A DNA stretch of 64,000 nt from Tubiluchus corallicola (GCA_030141605.1 JAQGDQ010000380.1:1-64000), one strand, 5' to 3'; shown: positions 40,595 to 53,612, counted from the first letter of the stretch. The notes: generated from the letters alone by a model not told the origin. Made by a program: numbers and translations.

Positions 40595-41691
40595 ACTGCT
40601 CTCTGTGCTCTGACGCATTAAACATTCAACACAATAATAACAGATTAAAATGCTCCACATTAAAATAACGTAATAATCGGTGCCAAATCGTAAGCTATGC
40701 GTTGTTTGTCAGCTTGAGTGCTTATGTTACGTCATATATAATCTCTTGAGGTACATAATACATGAGTAAAACAAACGAGAATGACTAAAAAACAACCAAG
40801 TCGTTACGTAAGAGAAGCCACAAATAATCACAAGATGACAACAGATCTCATGGGTCCCGCTATAAATGTATTGACGTGTTTGTTTAAATGAGCTCTGCGC
40901 GCCACTTTGCACTTACTGTAACGCGCTTCAAAATCTGATGAGTTCTTACTAAAAATAGTCTAAAATGGACTAATGCCAAACACAGGCTAATGTTGGACAA
41001 TGTACTTTTACCCTGGGGCGTAGCCAGGTTCTAAAATCACGGGGAGCACGCACACAAAAAGCGCCTAGGATCTTCACGGATCTCAACTGATATCATAGTC
41101 TATTGTCTAATAAGACTAACTTTGGCTTCATAAAATGAAATTGATGCCTTCACATTGTAACACAAAAGTTACAATATTCACAGACAGAACTAGGACACAT
41201 GACCAAACAATTTTTAACGCATTGATGGTACTTTTAATTTTGTGCTTGAAATAAAAAACCGAGAAAGGTACAGTTTTAAGGAAATAATTAATTGTTATTC
41301 TGTATTTAAAATTAAAACACGATAAAGAGTCTTTCTCCATGGCACTCCTTGCCAGAAAAAAATATGTGATAGTATAATTGTTTTTTTAAATAATCTCAAC
41401 TCTTACATGATATAATGTCTTCATAGTAAAACGTAAAAACAGCGAAATTTGCCTTTGCAATATTTAATTGACAGCCTACTGGACAATCACGTGACAAGAA
41501 TACATGTTTATTGTATTGGGGCAAGTTGGTACTTGGTTCAATCAGTCAATCTTGACAAATGAGTTTCGTAAATGCTCATTTCAAAAACACGGGAGGCAGG
41601 TTGGTCAAATAGAGTAATGACTCCATTGTTGAAAAGGCGCCAATCTTGAAATATGTGCTCGGGGGAGGGGTTACTCCCTTTGCTCCCCTAT

Positions 41692-42420
41692 TAGTTTAAA
41701 TATAATTTATTATAGGATTGGATCAGACAGTTTGAACAACATGATTTAGGATCCTCACCACAACAGACTTTATACACTATTTACAAAAACATTTACAGTA
41801 AGAATTGACTATAACTACATAAGCTGACAAGTTTTACTACAAGATTACATTAGACATTAGTAACATTTACAGTAAGAACAGACTATAACTACACAAGCTG
41901 ACAAGTTTTACTACAAGAATACATTAGACATTAGTAACATTTACAGTAAGAATAGACCATAACTACACAAGCTGACAAGTTTTACAACAAGATTACATTA
42001 GACATTAGTAGAAAATGACGGTTAGAAAATATTAATGTACGAATATTTAAGACTGATACATTTCATATCATATAGAAACTACTGGAAGCGTTTAGTACGT
42101 AATATAAAGTCATGTATGCATTGGAATATTTTACAGTTAGCAACATAGTTAAAGTCATCTTTTCCGAATAATAACAACTTCAACAGATCATTAGTTCCTA
42201 AGGCAGTTATACTAAGGTTTTCGGGCAGAAGCATTTCATTTAATTTATCAAACATAACAACTCTAGTTTGTTGATACAATGGGTAGTGCAACAAAAAGTG
42301 TTCAACAGATTCAAATCGAAATCCACAGTTACAATTCGGCAATATTGGATGACCGTTATTATCTTTACAGCGTTTAGAGAAAAGGTCACAGTTTAGCTGA
42401 GAAAATCCGATTAAATGATT
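41692..42420 (-). mobile_element. CR1-group LINE 3' end with three 74-bp repeats in its 3' UTR
   Basis: GFSQLNCDLF...CNCG...ESVEHFLLH.P.Y...LLLFG...IF..IHDFI..TKRF* is the C-terminal Cys/His region of invertebrate CR1-like ORF2. Tail aataaattatatttaaactaa; repeats at 41789-42010. Confidence 0.8.
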
Positions 42421-42494
42421 TACCAAATGAAAAATGCTTCTTTGCTTCCCCTGTTAGCTACGTCACTGCCGTTACTCATAACAACAAAGTTGTA

Positions 42495-43021
42495 GAGATA
42501 CAGTTTTCCCTCTCTTTTATTAATAGAGAAGGTGAAAAACAAGAGATACAGTTTTCCCTCTCTTTTATTAATAAAGAAGGTGAAAAACAAGAGATACAGT
42601 TTTCCCTCTCTTTTATTAATAAAGAAGATGAAAAACAAGAGATACAGTTTTCCCTCTCTTTTATTAATAAAGAAGATGAAAAACAAGAGATACAGTTTTC
42701 CCTCTCTTTTATTAATAAAGAAGGTGAAAAACAAGAGATACAGTTTTCCCTCTCTTTTATTATTAAAGAAGATGAAAAACAAGAGATACAGTGTTCCCTC
42801 TCTTTTATTAATAAAGAAGATGAAAAACAAGAGATACAGTTTTCACTCTCTTTTATTAATAAAGAAGATGAAAAACAAGAGATAGAGTTTTCCCTCTCTT
42901 TTATTAATAAAGAAGATGAAAAACAAGAGATACAGTTTTCCCTCTCTTTTATTAATAAAGAAGATGAAAAACAAGAGATACAGTTTTCCCTCTCTTTTAT
43001 TAATAAAGAAGATGAAAAACA
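42495..43021. repeat. 48-bp minisatellite, 11 copies
   Basis: Unit agagatacagttttccctctcttttattaataaagaagatgaaaaaca. Confidence 0.96.
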
Positions 43022-44837
43022 TTTTATATGACCTTGTTCTTTTTGGGAAAAACCGAAAGCTTAATATCCGACATCGGCCGGTGTAGCTTAAGCCATTTTA
43101 CTTAAAATGCTCTCGAGATAATGAAGTCATGCTATTTGTTCTAATTCTCGCAACATCAGGGTGGTTTGTGCTACCCGAAGCTACACAGCTATGCCATGCT
43201 ACAATTGTAGCTTCAAAACTGCTTCTGTGGGGAATGAAATTCCTGCAGCTTATAATGTACTGCCACTATATCGTACGCTTTCATTCAATTGTGTCTTCCA
43301 TTATGTGCAAAATGAGGAAATTCATCGTTCAATTTAACTTACTCTTCACCGGGAAGACACACTCAATTTCAGTAATTGGTTTTCATCATAACAGAAGACC
43401 CATATTAGTCGTTCATGTATTACACAATTGTAACAAGGATACACATGCAAACACATTATTAATTAAAACAGCACCTGTGATGCAGGTAGAGATCCTTTGT
43501 AGATAATAGACAAGAACAAGAAAGAGGCGATTGCTGTACCTTGTAGAAAAGCAAAAACCAAGCAAACGCAATGCCAGAAATTAACCTAGGCCAAGAGTAA
43601 ATATAATACTGAAAAATATACTCACATTACGAACCAATAGCTCCAAAGGTGTAAACATCGTACAGTGGAGTTTGAATGGGTTGTTGCTATTGAGTTAATG
43701 CAGTTATTGACCAGCATGTCAATATCAGTGAGTTCATCCTTTACATCGAGAACAATCCCGTCTCTCCTGTATTGATTTTCCCGTCTCCTTTCTCATCTTG
43801 GAAATTTCATTCGATTTCTCGGTGACTAGACCAATCAGTGATATTGCCGAGTGAGTCCGAGGAAAGGCAGTTTCAAAACTCGAGTTTGACGTCATGTTTT
43901 TGGACATTTCTGCGCCTATTATAACACGGTTCTCTGTTATTTATGACCGTCTGGACGCGGCAAGAAAGCGGCTTCAGTTGTTTTTGCTCGTTCTGAATGC
44001 ATTTGAGTGATTAGACGGTGAAATGAAAGCTATGTGCACTGAGCCGTTGTTCGTTCTTGCCGTGAAGCCATTAAACTCTTTTAATTCATCACAATGTGAC
44101 GCAAATGGCTTCATGAAACGTTTCATTAGGCGCCATTCAACCTTGTTCCGCCCAAAGTGGAGTGTCTGTCAGTCGGTCGGTCCTCCAATCGATTAGTCAA
44201 TCGGTCAGTCAGTCAGTTAGTCAAACGCTAGTATTTAATCACACTCCCGTTTGCCTTTTCGCGTATACTTTGTATACTTTTCAGTAAAACAGCAATCTTG
44301 TTCCATATTTACTCGAACCCCCTATCAGTTCTCTGATCATAACGACAATAGACACTGCTAATTGGAATAACCTTCGTGCTTCAGTAACTCGTGACGTAAC
44401 AATAACTGAAGTAACAATGAACAGCAGTCGCTTCATCAGACCATTTCGGGGATAAGGACGGCACAAAACCTTGCTTACTCAATTCTCATCGATCCGTGGC
44501 AAATCTTGTTAAAGCCAACCCAGTATTTGTACTCTCCGGGCTCGTTAATTGAAAGCATGATGATGATGTGGCAAATTTGACGACATTAATGTGCACTGCT
44601 GTCTCTTCGCGTCCAGATGCTTGCTAAGGATAAAAAATTTCACGGATCATAGTCTATTGTCATGTAAGACTTAAACTTTGGCTTCATAAAACGAAACCGA
44701 TGCCGTCACAGTTGGTTACACAAAAGTTACAATATTCACAGACAGGGCTATTATACACACTGAAAGTCTTCTTAAAGGTCTGTTTGAGCTAAATTCAGAT
44801 AGTCCAGATTTTGACCTACTGGCCTTTTCACCTCTAG

Positions 44838-46439
44838 TCATACGTCAGTTTCAATGCTTAAAGCGTTCATGTTATTATGACTTTGGTTACACAGTGCGTG
44901 CATTTTTTTATCTCCTTTGCCCTCTTCTATATCGCCCACATACGAGCTACTTTGGCTGTTTACAGTCGACTGTCTTTTCACGCTTGGAATGTTGTACAGT
45001 CCATTAATGGAACCACTACCGGAATTATGTTTTGGGGAACCTCCTGACAGCAGCCCAAGTTGTTGCTCCGTGGCGTCGTTTTCACGATGGTAGAAATAGT
45101 TGAAATTTGACACTATGACTGGAACTGGAAGCGCTATGGTCAAAACACCAGCGATAGCACACAACGAACCGACCAGTTTTCCCCACAGACTTACTGGCCT
45201 CATGTCTCCATAACCGACAGTAGTCATGGTGACAACAGCCCACCAGAATGCGTCTGGAATGCTAGTAAACTGAGACTGCATGCCCGAATCCTGTTCAGCG
45301 TAGTAAACAGCACTAGAAAAAAGTATCACACCGATAAATAAGAAAAATATGAGCAATCCAAGTTCACGCATACTGGCCTTCAACGTTTGTCCCAGGATCT
45401 GTAGTCCTTTTGAATGACGCGATAGCTTGAATATTCTGAAGACTCTGACGAGCCTGATTACACGAAGCACAGCTAGAGACATTGCCTGGCTGCTAGTTTT
45501 ATTGTCACTTGCTACTGCCGTGAATATGGTGACAAAATATGGCAATATGGCTATCAAATCTATAATGTTCATAATACTTTTAGCGAAAGTTATTTTACAC
45601 GGCGATGAAGCAAAACGCATAGCCAGCTCGAAGGTAAACCAAATAATACAGACTGTTTCAATCACAAAAAATTCATCGTCGAATCTGGGAGATGTGTCTT
45701 CCACAAATTCTTTTTTGCCAGTGGAATTATTAATAATCACGGTATAATGTTTAAACTTGGGCAACGTTTCTATACAAAATATAACAATCGACAGAAGAAT
45801 TATGCAGACGGAAAAGATTGCAACGCCACGGGCCAACTGTGACGTTTCTGGGTACTCCAACCAGCACCAAATCTTCCTTTGAATGTTGCCGTCAGGTAGA
45901 GGTCGCTCCTCTTCTTTGATAAAACCTTCATCCTCACGATACTTTTCTAGAGCTTTTTCACCAAGTTCATAAAACTTTATTTCTTCCGTGAACACGTCTA
46001 ATGGCACATTCACTGGCCTCCGTAGTCGACCTCCACTCTGATAATAGTACAGTATAGCATCAAAACTTGGGCGGTTCCTGTCAAAGAAGTACTCGTTTCG
46101 CAGAGGGTCAAAGTACCTGATTCGTTTCTCTGGGTTTCCGAGCAGGGTATCCGGTATTTGATTGAGCGTCTTCACTTGAGTTTCGAACCTCATACCGCTG
46201 ACATTGATGACAACCCGCTCACAGCAATCGTACTCCTGCTCAAGAGGTGGGTGCCTGTCGTACCGATCTGCATTCTCTGATGGCGGATAGTCAATCTTGG
46301 GAAATGACCTGGAATTAACCATAGGATATCCATAAGGGCGTTGAAATATACCGGGCAGTCGCTGGTTAGTACCATATAAACCTGAGTTATCACCACCAAT
46401 GCGACTGGTTGTCTCCAATCCTGCCATACATGCCTCCAT
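44838..46439 (-). CDS. Sh: Shaker/Kv1 (KCNA-family) voltage-gated potassium channel alpha subunit, single-exon form, 533 aa
   Basis: Uninterrupted ORF containing the T1 domain (ERVVINVSG...[13 protein letters not shown]), S4 ([22 protein letters not shown]), pore TTVGYGD, S6 PVP hinge and C-terminal PDZ motif ETDV. The ORF track starts at a TTG (46451); the first ATG is at 46439 (MEACMAGLE), resembling the Aplysia Kv1 N-terminus MEVAMAGIE. Confidence 0.97.
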   Translation of the reverse strand: MEACMAGLETTSRIGGDNSGLYGTNQRLPGIFQRPYGYPMVNSRSFPKIDYPPSENADRYDRHPPLEQEYDCCERVVINVSGMRFETQVKTLNQIPDTLLGNPEKRIRYFDPLRNEYFFDRNRPSFDAILYYYQSGGRLRRPVNVPLDVFTEEIKFYELGEKALEKYREDEGFIKEEERPLPDGNIQRKIWCWLEYPETSQLARGVAIFSVCIILLSIVIFCIETLPKFKHYTVIINNSTGKKEFVEDTSPRFDDEFFVIETVCIIWFTFELAMRFASSPCKITFAKSIMNIIDLIAILPYFVTIFTAVASDNKTSSQAMSLAVLRVIRLVRVFRIFKLSRHSKGLQILGQTLKASMRELGLLIFFLFIGVILFSSAVYYAEQDSGMQSQFTSIPDAFWWAVVTMTTVGYGDMRPVSLWGKLVGSLCAIAGVLTIALPVPVIVSNFNYFYHRENDATEQQLGLLSGGSPKHNSGSGSINGLYNIPSVKRQSTVNSQSSSYVGDIEEGKGDKKMHALCNQSHNNMNALSIETDV

Positions 46440-47424
46440 GTTTATGCACAAGTTCGTTCACTTTCACATGAACTGATTAGAGATTTGAAATTTACGCCTC
46501 ACATTCAGGTATAATAAGGTAAACAAAAGTTCAGGTAATATGCTTTGCCAACGTATGTCAGTCTAGTTTTTCTTTGCACGGTAAGTAATAATCATGTTCG
46601 CGGTAAAAATTGGCACATCTCTGATGTTAGCTGTTAATTTTCTGGTCAAATTATATTACTTGATTACATTCCGCACCCCAAATGACTTTTAAGACCAAAC
46701 AGCTGAATTTCGTACATCGCTCTTGCTTAGTATCTCATCTTTTTGAGCGCAGCAGCTTCCTTGCTGGCTTCATTCATCTAGCCAATAGTAGTAAGCGCCC
46801 GCGAAGTTAACAGCTCTCCTATTTGTTAGTTTCGTCTGAACCAATGATTAGCGAAATACGCGCTTTTTTGATAATATCTTTTCAGATGAGTATGACTAGA
46901 CAAAGATAATATATTTGCTGAAAAAAGGTATCGAAAAAACATTATTTGGCTGGTATTGTTTTCAATATTGCAGCAAAATAGAATTCAGTATACACGGAGA
47001 GAGCCGAACGCCATCCAATCAACTGACAGTTTACAACCAGGGTTGCAAAGTGTCTTCTGATCGATGCGATTCGACGTGGCGAAAGACTACTGGCGTAAAG
47101 AAGTTCGGAAAAAGTAGTTCAAATGGTTTTACCACATTTTTAAATGATAAAAATATAAAATGCGTTGAAAACAAGGCGCACATCGCAAACGCTCTTATAT
47201 TTAACTCTGTGGGCATATCGATCTTTACTGCGTGATGTTCTATTACATCTTACAAATAAACCTCGCGCATGCTCTTAAACCCACGGTTGCTGTTCGGCCG
47301 AGTGCCTGTCGTACATTTTATAATAATTTTTACGTTGCTTTGTGAAGACTTTGCTCTTTTTCAGAACGGTTATATGTTTGTTATCAACGTTCGAAACTGC
47401 TACCGTCGCCTTTACTAAAACGCA
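46440..47424. promoter_or_regulatory. Head-to-head interval between the Kv1 and SNRNP70 start codons; probable bidirectional promoter and 5' UTRs
   Basis: 985 bp between divergent ATGs with no recognisable repeat. CCAAT motifs near 46782, 46841 and 47014. On the plus strand there is a donor ACG|gtaagt at 46580 and an acceptor ctctttttcag| at 47364. Confidence 0.55.
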
Positions 47425-47568
47425 ATGACGCAATTTCTACCCCCTAATTTATTAGCCCTTTTCGCTCCTAGAGATCCTATTCCTTATTTACCCCCAGTCG
47501 ATAAGTTACCACACGAAAAGAAACTAGCTCCGTACGTTGGCGTAGGTGCATTTCTGAATAACTTTGAG
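47425..47568 (+). CDS. SNRNP70: U1 small nuclear ribonucleoprotein 70 kDa, first coding exon
   Basis: Encodes [33 protein letters not shown]...NNFE, the hallmark U1-70K N-terminus. Ends at a phase-0 donor GAG|gtatgt. Confidence 0.96.
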
Positions 47569-48763
47569 GTATGTATAGCCAGTTTGAAAACGAGGTTTAT
47601 GAACTTTAATACTACTGTAAAATGCTAGCATTGGAAGATTTAACTAGGTCTAACTGCTACAGTATTTTGGAGTTTTTATAGTTTCGAAAAATTTAGGTAT
47701 AAAACGTGCACTATATATATGTCATATGTAAAAAAAATTAATTAAATTTTGACCTTAGCAATATTCAAATAAAGCATACATTTTACAACAACAACAACAA
47801 ACATAAGGAGAGAGAACTATGGGCAAAAAGTCTGCATATGGGCTTTGCCCTGTCATTCTATAAAGCCTCTCAAGACATTGATTCTGCTTGAAATTGAAAA
47901 CCGCAACAGTTTTTGGTAGTTGTAGCATGAAAGTGGCATTCATTTTCTATCTGGATTTTGCATTAAATGGTGTAAAATTTTGTTAAGGTGCTTTAAGCTT
48001 TTGCACATTAATAACATGTAATTAGTTTTTAGCAGTATTTTTTATTATATGATAGTGTGTGCATCATCGTTAGCATATAATGACTCAGCTCATGTTACTG
48101 AGATGCAGTGAACCATAATTTTTGCAAACAAGAATAGTAACAAAAATAAAACAGTTTGTGGCTCGCTGCATGATAAATTTAGTAATATTAACGAATTAAT
48201 AATATATCTATAATTAGTGATACACTGAAGCTAGATTTTATTAAATGCATGTGCATAATAGGTTTTCCGTACCAAATCAAATTGTATAATTCAGCTGGAA
48301 ATTAACATTTAATTTTGTACGGTAGCACATGTGTGTGTACAAGTTGCTGTACTTTTATTTATTACGTGCATTTTAGATCAGTCGAAGTATCTTTCTAAAG
48401 CAAATTGCTTTAGAAATTTGCACGTTGAATTCTAAGTGCCATTAAAACTGCAAGTTGTGCATAATGGCTGGTTATATCGCTTGGTATAAACTTGCTTGTA
48501 AGAAATCAACTCGATATCTTTCTAATTACCGTTATGGAAGATTTATCAGTGGTTTTTTTTAATTATAGAAATTCGTGTTAAACAATAAACTTAGATGTGA
48601 GTTGCTACTAGTAGAAAATGGAAGAGTTCTACACGGTAACATGAATCAGCAGTTATTTTGTCAAAAACATGAGAGAAAGTCATTGATTGTTATAATCCTT
48701 GTATCATCTGCAGATTTTGTCTTACAGGTGTTAGCACCAGAATGTGATCTGAAACACGTTTAG

Positions 48764-49993
48764 TGTGCAGGGCCAGAATTTCGTTATATTTTTCCAGAAT
48801 TTAAGCAGATTCTCTCCATGTGCAGGGCCAGAATTTCATTATATTTTGCCAGAATTTAAGCAGATTCTTTCCGTGTGCAGGGCCAGAATTTCGTTATATT
48901 TTTCCAGAATTTAAGCAGATTCTCTCCATGTGCAGGGCCAGAATTTCGTTATATTTTGCCAGAATTTAAGCAGATTCTCTCCATGTGCAGGGCCAGAATT
49001 TCATTATATTTTGCCAGAATTTAAGCAGATTCTCTCCATGTGCAGGGCCAGAATTTCGTTATATTTTGCCAGAATTTAAGCAGATTCTCTCCGTGTGCAG
49101 GGCCAGAATTTCGTTATATTTTTCCAGAATTTAAGCAGATTCTCTCCGTGTGCAGTGCCAGAATTTCATTATATTTTGCCAGAATTTAAGCAGATTCTCT
49201 CCGTGTGCAGGGCCAGAATTTCGTTATATTTTGCCGAAAACAACCCCTGTGCAGGCCAGAATTTCATTATATTTTCCAGAATTTAAGCAGATTCTCTCCA
49301 TGTGCAGGGCCAGAATTTCTTATATTTTGCCAGAATTTAAGCAGATTCTCTCCTGTGCAGGGCCAGAATTTCGTTATATTTTGCCAGAATTTAAGCAGAT
49401 TCTCTCCATGTGCAGGGCCAGAATTTCATTATATTTTGCCAGAATTTAAGCAGATTCTCTCCATGTGCAGGGCCAGAATTTCGTTATATTTTGCCAGAAT
49501 TTAAGCAGATTCTCTCCGTGTGCAGGGCCAGAATTTCGTTATATTTTGCCAGAATTTAAGCAGATTCTCTCCGTGTGCAGGGCCAGAATTTCGTTATATT
49601 TTGCCAGAATTTAAGCAGATTCTCTCCGTGTGCAGGGCCAGAATTTCGTTATATTTTGCCGGAATTTAAGCAGATTCTCTCCGTGTGCAGGGCCAGAATT
49701 TCGTTATATTTTGCCAGAATTTAAGCAGATTCTCTCCGTGTGTAGGGCCAGAATTTTATTATATTTTTCCAGAATTTAAGCAGATTCTCTCCGTGTGCAG
49801 TGCCAGAATTTCGTTATATTTTGCCAGAATTTAAGCAGATTCTCTCCGTGTGCAGGGCCAGAATTTTATTATATTTTGTAGGAATTTAAGCAGATTCTCT
49901 CCGTGTGCAAGGCCAGAATTTAAGCAGATTCTTCCCGTGTGCAGGGCCAGAATTTCGTTATATTTTGCCAGAATTTTAGCAGATTCTCTCCGT
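48764..49993. repeat. 55-bp minisatellite, about 22 copies, in SNRNP70 intron 1
   Basis: Unit gtgtgcagggccagaatttcgttatattttgccagaatttaagcagattctctcc. Confidence 0.97.
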
Positions 49994-50702
49994 GACTTTT
50001 TACAAGAAACCAGAAAACCAAGGTTTAACTTACATAGTTCAAGTACAGTGAATTATAATAATTGAAACAGTGAAGATTGGATTGTACATTCTTTTGTGAG
50101 AAATAAATCTAAATGTTACTGTGGAGGCAACTCTTTGTGAAAATAGTTAAACAGTGTTTACAAAAAGTATTTTTTACCTGTCCAACTTGGTTTGTATGAA
50201 CTGAATTGAAATATATGTTTTTGAGATTAAGTTTTTTGTTGAAGTTGAATGCTCATGGAAAAAGCACATCAATGAGTTTGCTGAACTTCTATATTTCAGA
50301 AACGATTTATGAAATTATTTCAAAACTTTGGTACATCCCTACACATGCTTACACATATATACATATTTTAATTAAAATTCAAGAATCAAGATTTGTTTAT
50401 TTAGCCAACAACAGAACACATTTAGCCAACAACAGAACACGTGTATACAGATTGAGTTTTCTGTAATAATTTAAGACTGTAAATTACAAATAGTAAAGCT
50501 GTGTGGTTGAGGAGACATAAGATTAGCAACACCTGCATAAATTAAAGGCCACCTCAAGAAGAAATGGAAAAGGAGAAAGAGAGGGATGGTTGTAAAGAAT
50601 GAAAGGGAAGAAAGACAGAAAGGCTATTTCGATGTGAAAACCAGTGCTGTACCAAACAACGATGACAACGATATCAATAATAAAAAATAACGTCATTATC
50701 AC

Positions 50703-51095
50703 TAGGGGTGAGCATTCTCTACCAGAAAGCGAATTTGAATCGAACCGAATTTGTGACTTTCGAATTCGAATCGAACCGAACTTCAGTGTTTCGAATTCGA
50801 ACCGAATTCGAATTGAGATTGAAAGATTTTCGAACAAGTTTTCGAGCCACCAGTAAAAATTAGTCTTACAAAGATCATGCATATCACTAGATTTTGTTCT
50901 GCAATAAAACGACTAATAATTTCTATAAAATTGTGTGCAGAAATCACAGCTAATTGCGTGATGTTTTAATAGTTTTAGTGATAAAGAACATGTGTGATTG
51001 AAGTGCTGAATTATTCGAATCTATAGTTTTGGATTCGAATCGAGTTCGAACTAAAAAAAAACTCATTCGATTCGAACGTTCAATGCTCACCCCTA
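50703..51095. mobile_element. hAT-type MITE
   Basis: 14-bp TIR TAGGGGTGAGCATT/AATGCTCACCCCTA, perfect 8-bp TSD ATTATCAC, and reiterated TTCGAA subterminal motifs. Confidence 0.92.
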
Positions 51096-51229
51096 ATTAT
51101 CACCATTGTCAGTAAAATGATGAATAATGACCATAGTAAGATAAGAAGCCAAGTTGTAGAAGGATATGTTTACATTAATATAAATTTAGCTTGAATTCTT
51201 ATTATTTATCTTTTTTTACTATGCTTTAC

Positions 51230-51470
51230 CTCCATTGTTCATATGTCCAGAAGACAGGTGAAGGCATTGGCGATACTGGACTAAGTACATTGTTAGTCGC
51301 GGTCAGCGCAGTTGCACTCCTACTTCTTTGCTTTTGATGAAGTGCAGGTGGAGAAAGGTTTAACCCGATTCGTTTAAGTTCTTCATCACTGCAGTCATCT
51401 TCTTCGCTTCGCTCTTCCAAACTGATAATTGATATCCGTCTCCATGAATGCGAAAACTCGGAAGTTTGTC
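51230..51470 (-). CDS. Candidate upstream coding exon of a long Kv1 isoform
   Basis: Open frame GQTSEFSHSWRRISIISLEERSEEDDCSDEELKRIGLNLSPP...SPVFWTYEQW(R). Acceptor cagtag| with in-frame alternatives at 51473 and about 51485; donor GAG|gtaaag. Phase 1 in and phase 2 out, fitting both the neighbouring exon and the internal Kv1 acceptor at 46308. Confidence 0.62.
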
Positions 51471-51816
51471 CTACTGTGGATGATACTTCGGTTAAAAATG
51501 TTCAGTTTAATATATTTTATTGCTGGATTGGATTAAACTCACAGCAAAAGTTAACAGTTAGATTTTGATATCTCTCTTTCTCAAACTTTCGCTCATACTC
51601 TTCATTTCCATTTTATATTCCATGACATCAGTAAATGCCTGGATTAACCAGACATATTTGTTTTGTCTGATCGACTTGATGCTTGTGACTGTCATACTAT
51701 CTTATCATAACTGCTTTGACAGTGCCGTGCATTAAATATGTCTAGTCAAAAATCATTCATGAATGTGGTACATTATAGGGACAAATAACTACCTCCTGTG
51801 TTCTCTATACCTCACT

Positions 51817-52081
<265 letters not shown>

Positions 52082-52225
52082 GCCTCTTGTCCTATGCATA
52101 GTAACTTCTTTCTCTTTCTGAACCTAGCAAATTTTTTAAATGTTAAACAAAAAGAAAGTTTTTACCTGCTCGATTTGAGACTAATATTTAAATGAGTTTG
52201 TGTACTTTTATCAAAAGGAACATAC

Positions 52226-52422
52226 CTGTGTCATCGCTCGGCGGTGAATTAAGTGGTGTAACTTCACTGTGATCAGATGTAGTTTTATAACCTCTACAGC
52301 GCTTCTGCACCTGCTGAGGATATCGATTGTCTTTTCGATGTCTTTGCTTCTTCTGTAGAAGTCTCCGTCCCACCTCTCTGTTCTCTATTTGGTTCAGCTC
52401 AACTGCTTGCCTATTGAAAGAA
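52226..52422 (-). CDS. Candidate further upstream coding exon of the long Kv1 isoform
   Basis: Strong acceptor ttatttttctcttag| (in-frame alternative at 52410) and donor CAG|gtatgt. Open frame SFNRQAVELNQIENREVGRRLLQKKQRHRKD...PLNSPPSDDT(G); phase 2 in, phase 1 out. Confidence 0.58.
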
Positions 52423-52934
52423 CTAAGAGAAAAATAAGTTTATTTGTTTATATATTAGTCGCTTAGTAGCTGTTTAGCAATTTAGGAGTTTGTTTTTATT
52501 TTCCTCCACTAGATGTCAGCATGCAGCTAGTATTGTGAATCATATGAGTGAACACATGGTTTCAAACTGCCAGTTTATAAGGTTTTGAAGCCACCAGAAA
52601 GTTTATTATCTATGGCTTAGTTTTTTTACCACTGAGTAATTTTAATTATTATATATAGCATCACTGCAGAGTGTACATTTACGAGAGATTTATTATTGTT
52701 AGTTACGAGAAAATAAATGCACTCTGTAGACTTGACTTATGACACACAGTCACAGTTAATTAAAATGACTATTGTATTTAACTGCATTGACTTCGAATTA
52801 GCAAAAATGAACCAGTTAGTAATATATGAACAATTTAGCAGCAGCTGTGTTATGCTGGAATGATTCTTTTCCTCATGACTCCAAATGATTCAATAAATTA
52901 ATTTAGCTCAAAAAACTTAATAATAGAAATTTAA

Positions 52935-53575
52935 AGGACAAGAAAAGGGGTATCTGAAGTAGGTTTCAGAAAAATCGCCTTAAAAAATTATATTACTTTA
53001 TAGCAATTTTACGCATATATTGTACTCACGTTGAAAGGATTTTTTGTTCGTTTTCATTGTAAATCTCCCGCGACACTGTTTCGATGGCGGTATTTAATGA
53101 CGTCATATACGCACAATGTAAATCAGGGGAAGAAACTGAAATGTTAAACTGCCCCAAAAAATTTCCCATGCAAAATGATGTTACTTAGCATTTCGCTTAT
53201 CTGCTTGAAACACTTATGTAACTAGAAAAAAATTATTATTTATTTAAAATGTTTTCACCAATTGGTAAAATCTCGCTGACTCACCCTCCAGGGTGCACCA
53301 CTCACTAACCAAAAACGTATTTTTAATCTTGTATCATGTGCGCTACAAATGCCCTGATTATTTTTTCAAACTTTACGCAATGTTATCTAAACTTGTTTCA
53401 AATGACTTATCGTCAAAATGGCTGCGTCTAACGGTCATCGCGGGAGTTTAAATTTACATGTTTTATAAATCGTTACTCTCGACGCAAGTCTAATATGCAA
53501 CAAGACAATATAAGTGGTATAAAATTTGAAGACGAATTTTTTAAGCTTCATGTAAGTGGAGGGTTTTCTTGTGCT
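52935..53575 (+). mobile_element. Kolobok-like family E element ending about 37 bp upstream of SNRNP70 exon 2
   Basis: TTAA-aggacaagaaaagggg ... ttttcttgtgct; colinear with 39300-39944. Confidence 0.8.
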
Positions 53576-53612
53576 TCTCCTTAATAAATAATTAATCATT
53601 TTACATTTCCAG

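Noticed and set aside
46440-46451. ORF-track start MCIN for Kv1
   Set aside because: Begins with TTG; the ATG at 46439 matches the conserved N-terminus.
47569-47628. C-terminal part of the 67-aa ORF at 47425
   Set aside because: Read-through into intron 1 after the gtatgt donor.
51543-51638. Extra minus-strand exon between the two Kv1 candidate exons (ccag|...|gtgagt)
   Set aside because: Has stops in all three frames from that acceptor; at most a UTR or poison exon.
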